Source of the DNA: Octopus bimaculoides
Taxonomy: Eukaryota
Assembly (NCBI RefSeq): GCF_001194135.2
Contig: NC_068999.1
Span: 26,266,957-26,330,956, forward strand
Reading direction: 5' to 3'
DNA: 64,000 nt
Made by a program: the position numbers and the translations under genes. The first letter of the stretch is position 1; each line of letters opens with the position of its first letter. The notes under the pieces are model-generated. The model was given only the letters and a program-made list of their open reading frames with translations, was not told where the DNA came from and searched no databases. Shown here one piece after another: positions 1 to 11,000 of the stretch.

Positions 1-609
1 GTTCTTAAAAAAAAAAAAAACATAAGCCATCAACAGCTTCGATCAATAAATCAACTGAAACAGTCATAGCCTATTTCTATCGACTGCTATCAATAATATT
101 CTTATTACATGATTTACCAGTGTCAGTTGATTTCAGAAAAAGTACATTAGTGTAGATTTTTTCTTCCTACTTTAGACTCTATGGTCTAATCCCAATAAGA
201 AAAAAAATTCACATTCTAGACTTGGTTTCATCTCGAGCACTATAAAGTTATTTATGTATAAAACAGAATATAACTATACTTTACATATATTAAAGACCAA
301 TCTGAGTAAATTCCGAGGTTGACAAGGAAAAACTGAATGAATCTTAATTGTAATGAAAGACTGAGAAAAGTGTTATGAGGTAAGAGTTACTAGTTGGTAT
401 TTTATAATGAGTGCAAAATTTAACTACAACAAACTTGTAAAATAATTAAAGCTGAAAAAAAAATAGCTTGTACTAAACACAAAATAACACAGGCCTAATT
501 TATGAGGATATGAAAACAGACATATCAATGTTTTGAGTTATTTGAAGCTAAATTGTATACAGATTTCAATTTGAAGAAATGGCGTAACTGATGCAGTTAA
601 TATTTTCAG

Positions 610-737
610 ACTGATGGTGCTTCAGCTTGCCTTTTGATGTCAGAAGAAAAGGCCTTAGCCATGGGCTTCAAACCCAAAGCATACCTACGAGATTTTGTCT
701 ATGTCTCTCAAGATCCTAAAGATCAACTTCTTCTAGG
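610..737 (+). CDS. HADHB: HADHB coding exon (128 nt)
   Basis: ttttcag|ACT GAT GGT ... CTA GG|gtaagt. Confidence 0.95.
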
Positions 738-1720
738 GTAAGTGAAATCTATCTATAAATATACATATATAAAGCTTTAAGTCATCAAGGAGAAAGCAAT
801 TTGAAGAAATTAATTTATTTTCTTACAAAAAAAAAATAAATAAAATAAATAAACAAAAATCATCGAATAAAATTTTAAAAAGTCTAGTTTGAAACATGCT
901 TGCATTTTTACACAATAAGATGAGTTTGCTGAGGTAGGTCTGATTCATATTGAAACTCTCAGCTCTAATCATGAGCTCTAAATTTTTCATTTAAAATTCA
1001 ACTTGTCTTAACTGGTGCCTCAAACTGCACCTTCCCTGACTGTTAGGGATATGAATTCTTTAAATCTACATGGATTGATGAGTGAAATGAAGAGTTTGTT
1101 ATTAAAATTTTAAAAAGGAGAAAAAAAAACTTTAAATATTTCAAAACTGGAAGTATTTTTGTGGCAGTGTCTAAAATGAATAATAATTATCTTGTAGTCC
1201 AGCATATGCAACACCTAAAGTCCTTGAGAAAGCAGGTCTCCAATTAAGTGATATCAGTGTATTTGAATATCATGAAGCCTTTGCAGTAAGTTCTTGGAAA
1301 TTTTTTTTTTCTCTTTATTATACAGACAAAAATTATAAAATGAGTTGTGAATATTTTGGTATGAGAAAACTAAAAAGTTATTTTGCTCTCCACAGGGACA
1401 AATCCTGGCCAATCTTAAGGCAATGGATTCTGACTGGTTTGCCAAAACCTATATGGGACGCAGTTCAAAAGTAAGAATATTTTTTGGTTGTTTGTTTTAT
1501 TTACAAACATACAGCTGATTTCTTACTATTAATGTTTTTTTTTTTTTTCTAATAGGTTGGAACTCCTGATCTTTCAAAATTTAACCTGTGGGGAGGTTCT
1601 TTATCTATTGGTCACCCATTTGGTGCAACTGGAGTGCGATTAGTTACTACAGCAGCCAATCGTTTACACAAAGAAGGTGGGCAGTATGGGCTTGTGGCAG
1701 CATGTGCAGCTGGAGGCATT
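610..1720 (+). CDS. HADHB: Mitochondrial trifunctional enzyme subunit beta (long-chain 3-ketoacyl-CoA thiolase), 3' part; exons 610-737, 1198-1285, 1396-1470, 1556-1720; 5' exons outside the window, last exon probably in gap 1761-2637
   Basis: Spliced translation [152 protein letters not shown]. It has the HADHB-type [12 protein letters not shown] and CAAGG motifs; all introns are GT-AG and phases are consistent. Confidence 0.97.
1198..1285 (+). CDS. HADHB: HADHB coding exon (88 nt, HEAF motif)
   Basis: cttgtag|T CCA GCA ... TTT GCA|gtaagt. Confidence 0.95.
1396..1470 (+). CDS. HADHB: HADHB coding exon (75 nt)
   Basis: ccacag|GGA CAA ATC ... TCA AAA|gtaaga. Confidence 0.95.
1556..1720 (+). 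CDS. HADHB: HADHB coding exon (165 nt, catalytic His and Cys motifs)
   Basis: aatag|GTT GGA ACT ... GGC ATT|gtaagt; encodes GHPFGATG and CAAGG. Confidence 0.96.
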
Positions 1721-1760
1721 GTAAGTTACATTTTAGTATTTTAAAGATGTCATATTTACA

Positions 1761-2637
1761 NNNNNNNNNNNNNNNNNNNNNNNNNNNNNNNNNNNNNNNN
1801 NNNNNNNNNNNNNNNNNNNNNNNNNNNNNNNNNNNNNNNNNNNNNNNNNNNNNNNNNNNNNNNNNNNNNNNNNNNNNNNNNNNNNNNNNNNNNNNNNNNN
1901 NNNNNNNNNNNNNNNNNNNNNNNNNNNNNNNNNNNNNNNNNNNNNNNNNNNNNNNNNNNNNNNNNNNNNNNNNNNNNNNNNNNNNNNNNNNNNNNNNNNN
2001 NNNNNNNNNNNNNNNNNNNNNNNNNNNNNNNNNNNNNNNNNNNNNNNNNNNNNNNNNNNNNNNNNNNNNNNNNNNNNNNNNNNNNNNNNNNNNNNNNNNN
2101 NNNNNNNNNNNNNNNNNNNNNNNNNNNNNNNNNNNNNNNNNNNNNNNNNNNNNNNNNNNNNNNNNNNNNNNNNNNNNNNNNNNNNNNNNNNNNNNNNNNN
2201 NNNNNNNNNNNNNNNNNNNNNNNNNNNNNNNNNNNNNNNNNNNNNNNNNNNNNNNNNNNNNNNNNNNNNNNNNNNNNNNNNNNNNNNNNNNNNNNNNNNN
2301 NNNNNNNNNNNNNNNNNNNNNNNNNNNNNNNNNNNNNNNNNNNNNNNNNNNNNNNNNNNNNNNNNNNNNNNNNNNNNNNNNNNNNNNNNNNNNNNNNNNN
2401 NNNNNNNNNNNNNNNNNNNNNNNNNNNNNNNNNNNNNNNNNNNNNNNNNNNNNNNNNNNNNNNNNNNNNNNNNNNNNNNNNNNNNNNNNNNNNNNNNNNN
2501 NNNNNNNNNNNNNNNNNNNNNNNNNNNNNNNNNNNNNNNNNNNNNNNNNNNNNNNNNNNNNNNNNNNNNNNNNNNNNNNNNNNNNNNNNNNNNNNNNNNN
2601 NNNNNNNNNNNNNNNNNNNNNNNNNNNNNNNNNNNNN
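1761..2637. other. Assembly gap (others: 5053-5370, 22102-23038, 53519-53864, 61015-61258, 62158-62472)
   Basis: N runs; most border microsatellites or young repeats. Confidence 0.99.
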
Positions 2638-2744
2638 TAAATTTGGGAGATTTTTTCAGCTTTAATAGACAGACAGACAAAAAAAAAGTGTGTGTGTGTG
2701 TGTGGGTTGATGAATGGTATCTTAATGTAAAACCCTACCCAACT

Positions 2745-2750
2745 TTTATT
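2745..2750 (-). terminator. Putative ATAD2 polyadenylation signal AATAAA
   Basis: tttatt on + about 56 nt past the TGA; a single hexamer in AT-rich DNA is weak evidence. Confidence 0.35.
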
Positions 2751-2805
2751 TAGAAAAAAAAAAAGACAATTTCTTTTCAACCCTGCAGAGTAAAACTTTG
2801 ATAAT

Positions 2806-2880
2806 TCAAGTGATATTTACAGAGGGCCGGACACGGGCACGGTGTTGGGATGTGTATTGCACCAGTTTTTGTTCCATATT
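2806..2880 (-). CDS. ATAD2: ATAD2 last coding exon (NMEQKLVQYTSQHRARVRPSVNIT*)
   Basis: tttcttttttag-type acceptor then AAT ATG GAA CAA ... ACT TGA; resembles the ATAD2 terminal MEQE helix. Confidence 0.87.
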   Translation of the reverse strand, partial: NMEQKLVQYTSQHRARVRPSVNIT

Positions 2881-5017
2881 CTAAAAAGAAACAAAAAAAA
2901 AATTGTAGTTTTATAATTTCAATGAAATTTATTTTTTTGCTTAGTTAATAAATGTATATTTAACTTAAAACTACTTACAACACAGAGATCAACTTTGTCA
3001 GGATTGTTCCTTTGCTGATAAATGCATTGACTGAATACACTGTAAAGTTTCTCTAAACGTTCCACAGTATAGCCTTTAGTCTGAGTGACAACTTGGTCCA
3101 AAAGTTTCGACATCAGTCCTTTATTATAAGTAGTGTTGGCTGCTTCCATATCATTGTTATTGCCAGAAGAATCTTCTCCAACCATCGATATCTGGAATGT
3201 GGCTGATTCACCTTAAACGACATTACATTAAAAGATTTTGCAGTGCTTATAATCCAGCATACAATTTTTGAGCACTTTGTTTCCTTATCTAGTTTTCTAA
3301 TATAATTCCAAACTTCCCCCAATTAATTATGCTTATTCATAATTGAAAAACAGTCCTGCAAATCAAATTCAAACAACAATATTCAACTTCAGGGTTTCAA
3401 GTGACTCCAATAATTTTTCTATACTATTAGCCCTATAGAAAGAAAGAAACAACGCCCCCCCCCCCCCGGAGGTTGCTTTTGCATCGAGTAAAATATTAAA
3501 ATCTGATTAAACAATTTATTTTGTAATAAATTCTAACTGGAATGAAGAAGATTGTCTTTTCGAGCAATTGTTGTAATAGGATGATGTATGAAAATAAGAT
3601 GAGAAAAGACAAGAATAACTCCAGAATCAACACTTTAATTTTACTAAAAGAAATATTCTGGATAATAACAGATCTATAATACTGTTTAAAAATAAGTAAA
3701 AAAAATTGTGAACTGGTGTAAAGAAATGAAGAACGAATACACATTAGCTATCTTCTTTGTGTAAATACTGACAAAGGCAAAACTAGTGTTTAATCAGCAG
3801 CTGTTAGCATAAGAATTGTGGTGTATCAGTAACAGTTTACATTTTGAGATGAGGCAAAATATATGCATATGTAAAGTACAAAACTTATTCACATCAAAGT
3901 CTGTACTTGGTGCTTATGAACTACAAATGCTCAACTTTGAATTTCGTCTTGAAACACTTGGTTTTTATAACATTCCAGTTGAAGGATGTGGAATGGCAAA
4001 CAATGCACAATGTGGTGGGCCATGTGGCCACAAATTCAGAATTCCACCAAATTCAAAGCTATGAATAAAGCAAAATGGTTACTACATGTAAGTGAAAATT
4101 TATTGTAATATTAACATGTATATGACAGTAAATTAATGTGAGAGAAAGCAGTAAAATTTACACTATATTCAATACCAGTTAACTTTTTAGCAAAGCATTT
4201 TACAAACATTTTTCAATTCAAGGTAATTCATATTCACGCAGAAATTCAACTGTATATAAATGGCCCTAAAAGTTTTAACATTCTGTAAAGTTAACCATCA
4301 AGTATATGTAGGAACTAGAAGCTTTCTTTTCAGCAACAAAGTCATGAATTCAAAGCCTTTCATGACAATGTGCATTAATGCAAATGAGAAAATGTTTATG
4401 TATATTCATTAAGAATTAAACACTATTTCAGATTTAAGACAGAATCAGCTTAATTCAATGAAAATTAAAAACTTAAAACTAAATGTATTTTGTCATTTAT
4501 TTGAAATGACTGGGTGACATAAATTATACTTGTTTCAGTCATTGGACTGCAGCTGATGCACCACATTCAAGGTGGTTCTCAGTATAACTTTCTGTCTGGT
4601 ACATATTTTATCAATCTTTATTTGTTGAACCACTAAAATTATGGGACACATAAAACAACAGTTTTCAGGCAGGTGCAAGTATAAATACACACCTGAAGGT
4701 TTCCACAAAGGGAGAGAGAGGGAACACTAACTAAATTCAACTCACATGGTGTTCACTCTAAAGGAATGTATTCCTGTTTTTTTTTCACTCTAGTTCATAC
4801 TTCAGATAGTAATTGCAATTTGAACAAACAAATCAAATCAATTCTAAACTTTTGGGACAGGCAATACCTAGAAACAGTCGTTTCAATAAATCAAGCGAGT
4901 GCTTATACTTTCAGATTCACCCAGGATGTTTTCTTTTTTTGATATTATGTAGCTTCCACAATCTTATGATCATGAATCCAACACCCTAATCACTAAGCCA
5001 TGCACCTCCACATGTAG

Positions 5018-5052
<35 letters not shown>

Positions 5053-8000
5053 NNNNNNNNNNNNNNNNNNNNNNNNNNNNNNNNNNNNNNNNNNNNNNNN
5101 NNNNNNNNNNNNNNNNNNNNNNNNNNNNNNNNNNNNNNNNNNNNNNNNNNNNNNNNNNNNNNNNNNNNNNNNNNNNNNNNNNNNNNNNNNNNNNNNNNNN
5201 NNNNNNNNNNNNNNNNNNNNNNNNNNNNNNNNNNNNNNNNNNNNNNNNNNNNNNNNNNNNNNNNNNNNNNNNNNNNNNNNNNNNNNNNNNNNNNNNNNNN
5301 NNNNNNNNNNNNNNNNNNNNNNNNNNNNNNNNNNNNNNNNNNNNNNNNNNNNNNNNNNNNNNNNNNNNNNTTGCATCGACCTCACTGTTTCACTGGTACT
5401 TAATTTATCTACCCCAAAAGGATGAAAGGCATAGTCAAACTCAGCGGAATTTAAACTGAATAATAATAGAAGATTAAATACCTTCAGTTTCCTGATTTTC
5501 AACTGGCAGTGGGCTGATATCAGCAAGTTCTGGTGCAGCACCTTTTTCTTGTTCTGTAGTTTGGGAGTTAGTTGGAGCCTGGCAATTATGATAATAGCAT
5601 AGATTTTTTAAAGAAAACATAAAAGCAAAGCATAAATACTATTAAATATAGAAATTATTTTCCAGTTGACACAAAATGAAACATCCATTTGTCAGAATGA
5701 ATTTAGCATTGGTGCTAAATTCAAGGCACAATCCTCAGCTCCCTTCTGTTCATTCAGAGTTTAAGATCAGCTGTCCACAGAAACTCATATACTGATGATC
5801 TAGTTCTTATCTGTAAATCTGTAGTAGAACTAGACAAGAAATTCAAATATAAAAACATAGTTCAAAAGCCTTCAATTAAACTTAGCAAAGGCTAAAATAT
5901 TAGTAAGTAGCAGAGAAAATAGGACCTAACTGCCATCAAGGACACAAAGAAGTTGGAATGCACTGACCCAGTATTTCCAACTTGGAGTTTAGATAAACAT
6001 CTGGATACTTTAAATACTGTGTAAACTATGGATACAAGCTGTATGGTGGAATCACAAGTAGGTTAACAGCATAGACTTAGTACTTATTATTTGCACCTGC
6101 CTCATACGAAGAAATTTTATCAGATGCTTGGAAGGATGTCTATAAGTAGTTGATAGCTTTTGGTACCTAGGTGACCTAAATAGCAATGAGGGAAAGGTGT
6201 TCTGAAAACCGAAGTAACAATGGGTTTAGATAAAAAGCTTCCAAGAGCTATTACTTCTGCTAGCAACAAAGGGCTTCTCTTTTAGAGTAAAAGATAGATT
6301 GTATGAAGCACAAAATTGTGATGATGCATATCAGGGTTTGAGTCTTGAAAACAGATGATTTGTAGAAAAAGAAAAACAAGGAAGAAATGAAATGGCATGA
6401 TATATTTCACTGAATGTGTAATATTAGTGTACACAAGCAATGGAGCAAACTGAGCTCAGAGAAAAATTGGGTACAAATTTACAAGACATGACAAAACTGA
6501 TACCAACAATGTGATGTAATGGAAGATGAAAGTTGTATAAAGAAGTGCCATGTAAAGAGAGAGCCCAAGAAAAACTTGGGATGAAGTTGTAAAGACTGAT
6601 CTCATAATTGATGAAAGACCACCTATGCAAGTTTGGCAAATTGAGCATTGAAAAATGGAGGCTGTGAGACATGATATATATCATATCAAGTCTATATTAA
6701 TGTTTCTTTGATACCCACTTATTTATTTCACTATCGTTCATGCTAGCTGTATAACAAGAGATGTCATTGGACCTACTCATATTCATTCTCTGCCTACTAC
6801 TCTTAACTTCTCATTTTATCTTTCTTGCTCATCTTGGGACCTAAATATAAGGGATTGTATGAGATAGAGAGAGAGACATTGGTCAATAGTCTGAGAAAAT
6901 ATGAAGGGTCTGGCTTTTCTGAGAAGTAGCACATAAAATGCCATTTGATGTTTTGTGTACTTTAAAACCTAATGCTAATGTGTAGAGCTGACAGGCTTTC
7001 ATTGCATTGAATGAGTACAAAGGTGGGAATGTTAACATGTCAAACTTTCAGGATGACCCCAACCAACATCTAAGAATATATTTTTGCTCTTGCTACTATT
7101 TCCAACTTGGAGTTTAGGTCTAGAAGACTGGCAGTATTAAGAAGAGGGATTTGTAATGGATTTAAAGGGAAAATGTGAATTGGAGATCAGCAAGAGCCAA
7201 TGTCTATAGTGGATGCAAGGCTTCTGTGGAAGCATGCTCAGAAAAAGGCAAAGAGAAAGTGTACTTCTGATATAATTAATATTATTCCTCATTATAAACT
7301 TCAAATGTGTGGAAACTTTGGAATGTTTTTTCTTGAATATCTCACCATTGGACTATATTTACTAATGGAAACCATGGAAATTCCACAGAACAGAAAAGAA
7401 AGGAAGAATGATTTTCTTTTTATTTTGCTAAGTTATTTCACTTTCAGTTACAATAATGTATTATATGATTTTACAATTTCCCTCTACCCATGCTAGCATG
7501 GAAAGCGGACGTTAAACGATGATGATGATGATAAGCACTTTATATTTCTCTCTTTCAACCTCTTCAACAAACTTTTTAACCCTGAAATTACCCTCTTCAT
7601 TTCTTTAACATTCCTCTCTTTCGCGTCACCTCTCGCTTCCACTAACCACATGAGTGACAGCGTAATTCATTGGCTGGCTATCTGCTCTCTCACATTCCCT
7701 CTTCTTCTTCCTCACTCCATCTCCTTCTCTCTAACAAACTAAAGTATAAAGGTGAACGAACATATATATGTGTGTGTGTGTGTGGATCTTTACCCATTGA
7801 ACTCAACAACTCACTACTTGAATGGACCATAATACCACAAAACTTGACTTAAAAAGGATTTAGATAATGCTATCAGGTGGTGATATTAAGTTAGACATGG
7901 CCTGGATCAATCTTTGGTCAAAACATATCTCAGTTATATATATATATATGGATCTTTTCCCTTTGAACGGCAGATCGAGAAATTAATTTTTTGTAACTAA

Positions 8001-11000
8001 ATACTTTCAAACTTCGGACACTGGTAGAATGTGTCATATAAAACATCTTTTACTCTTAGTGTTGTTGAGAAAAGTTTGTATTTTCAAAAACACTTTTCAC
8101 TATCAACACACCATCATCGCTACAATTTTTAGTAACAAAACTCATTTCATTTCAGTCAAGTTGTTTATATCTACTTTTACTTGCTATCAATGTATCTCTA
8201 CAGTACAACTACTATCTGCCACCCCCACCTCCTCTCAATGTAACTGCCTCCCCTGTCCATCTCTCTCCACCTGCCTTTCTTTAACCTCACCACCCAGAAC
8301 ATTACCCTCTGCTAAATATTGTATTTGAAACATATCTCTTTCCCTCCCCACCCTATGGCACGTTGTGAACACTTCTCCCTCCCTCTTTTCTCTTGCTCTT
8401 TGACTCTCCCTTCAACTAATCACATTTGGCCTTATTATACATCTTTCTCTACTTATCTCTCACTCTTATTCCAATTTTACTCACTCCACCTCTGTAACTA
8501 ACTAAAGTATAACAAGTGAATAAACAAGCAAATTATTATATAGATTATGATGAGTAGAAAAGCAAAGAAAAGTGTATTTCCACAATTTTGAAATCATGAA
8601 GAGAGGCCATTTGTTAGAAATAATACTCTTATTGATTCTGTAATGGGTCAAGGTCTAAATTAAACTAAATGAAAGCACATAACACTTGCAACAGAGTGGA
8701 CACTGCTAAAGGTATTCAATGGTGAAAAAGATATTAAACCAGCCAATTTATGAAGCCTACCATTCAGTGTTAACAAATTTGTTTTACAAATTTAAGCCTT
8801 TTGAAGTTAAAAATATTTAACTATAATTACAAGAAAAGTTATATCATTGCAGAAAGTAACTGAAACAGAAGAAAATGTTATTACTTTAGATATTAATATT
8901 ATTCAAAGGTTTTTACCTTGACAAAAACAAAACTAAGATCAAGAAAAGAGTTAAGCTTTAATGAACCAATTATTAAAAAACTACTTTGGAGAAAATTAAA
9001 AACTGCCAGGATTAATAATCAAAGACCTATAATAGTGGAGACAGAGGATATATTAATTCTTTGGTTGGAAGATTACAACTAGAAGCTAATGCTAGTTGAC
9101 TCAAAGCTCTGAGCCTTTTTTCTTGATTGAAAGAAAACAAATATTAAAGCATGATTGTGATATTTTATGCTAACAAAGGCTGGTTAAAAGATTTCAAAAT
9201 TTGAAGTGGAGAAACAACTGGAAAATCATCAAATACAGATGAAGATACTGCAGCTAAATATTCTGCTAAATTAAAGAAAATAATCATGATGACAGATGAA
9301 ACTGATGCATTCTCAAAGATACAATGAAAAACATTTTCCAGTAAAATGTATGGTAACTTGGTCACACAATATTACTTGGAGAAAGTGCAGAGAGAAACAT
9401 AAAATTAAAATAGCAATGCTTATTTCCAAATAATAAACTCAAGTGCTTTAAAAGGAAACAAGAAGCAATTTCTTCCAAGTCATTTGGCAATCAAATAAAA
9501 AAGGCATAGTTCTCTAGTCTTGTGTGAAAACCAATTCATGTTACATTTCTGTCTGGAAGTTTTGCAACAAAAATAGTTTAAAATTCTAAGTTCTTTAGAT
9601 TATTGATAATATTCCTAGCCATCCTAACTCATATTTTGTACTAATGTTTAAGGCATAAACATTTTGTACTCATATGCAGGTTGTATTTTTACCACCATAT
9701 ACAACATTGCTGTTATAGCCTATGCCCTAAATATCAACTGTATTCAAGACCTATTATATTCTAAGAACTTTCTCATGGGCAATTAAAGTTACGACTAATA
9801 GAAGACACTTATTACTCTCCAAGAACTCTGGGAAAAATTTACAAGCATTTGAAAATAATTAAGAGTCATAGGAAGATAGAAGCCGGTTGTAGGTGAGCAG
9901 TTTAATAGCATCTTTTGCATGAATGTACTAATGATTTTAAAAATCCAGTAAATGAAATTATTGATGATATTGCTACCATCAGAGAAGAGTTTGGCCTTGA
10001 AATTTTCATAATTTAGTAATATTCAAAAGACTTACATGAAAATGATCTCATTGAACCAACTAAAGGAAAGGAAGCAACTAAAGGAAAGGAATGACTCAGT
10101 TAAAGAACTTGATGAATCTTTCAGGATAGAGAGTCAGTCAAACAAGAATTAATGCATAGGGATCTGAATGAGTGTTCATATACTACTGTGAACATTCAGA
10201 AGGTTAAAAATAATCAAATTGCTTGCTATCACAAAATGTACGAAGAGAGGAGAAAAAGATACAACTGTTCAATTGGTTCCTGATAAATTTTTCTCTACAA
10301 AAAGAAAAAAAGAAAAAATGATTTACAGTAACTACAAATTGTTTTGTTGCTTTTACTATCCAGGGTTTATTACAATTATTTCTAATGATGATTAAATGTA
10401 ATAAACATGGTTTTGATAAAAACAAATACATGAGGGGAGGTGGTGTAAATTAATGACATTAAAGGGTAACTGTATAATGCAAATAAAATAACTAAAACTA
10501 GTCATCTGTTATCTACCTCAGTTTGTATCCATATCACCAGTAATTTTGATTTAGGAAAACTTCATTTTTGTGCATGTGTACATACACACAAAATATATAA
10601 ATAAATTCACATTAGAGAAGAATATTTAAAAAGGGATTTTCATTTCAGAAGAAATGAACATGTTTTATGAGTATAAATATTTGTGTAAAACATGACACAC
10701 ATATACACACACTCACACATGCATATTATATACACAGACAAATAAATGTATAATATAACTACTAATAACACACACAATAATCTTTTCAAATATCCAACCT
10801 ATTCAGAGCAAGGACCTGTTTAATTACAATTAATAAAACAACTATTTACTGGCTTATAAGAGAAAAAGAAATAACTTAATATGCCAATAAATCTACTTAA
10901 AAATTTAAGAAATTCCACAACTTACATTATCAGTTTTGGCTTGATCCAGACTATCCAAGGATTCTCCATTGCTCTCTATTGCACTCCCAATTCCACTATC

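Noticed and set aside
1588-2780. Long ORFs of 315-377 aa across the first gap (likewise 4993-5541, 21803-23271, 53428-53883, 60927-61649, 62020-62525)
   Set aside because: Artefacts of translating N runs; the flanking residues are intron, repeat or off-frame sequence.
2821-2920. + strand reading RAGHGHGVGMCI... as the missing last HADHB exon
   Set aside because: It does not match the expected GHAMIVEAYP terminus; the minus strand gives a clean ATAD2 terminal exon with a strong acceptor.
3816-4090. 82-aa + ORF with an apparent ag...gtaagt pair
   Set aside because: All frames between the putative splice sites hit stops, and there is no recognisable homology.
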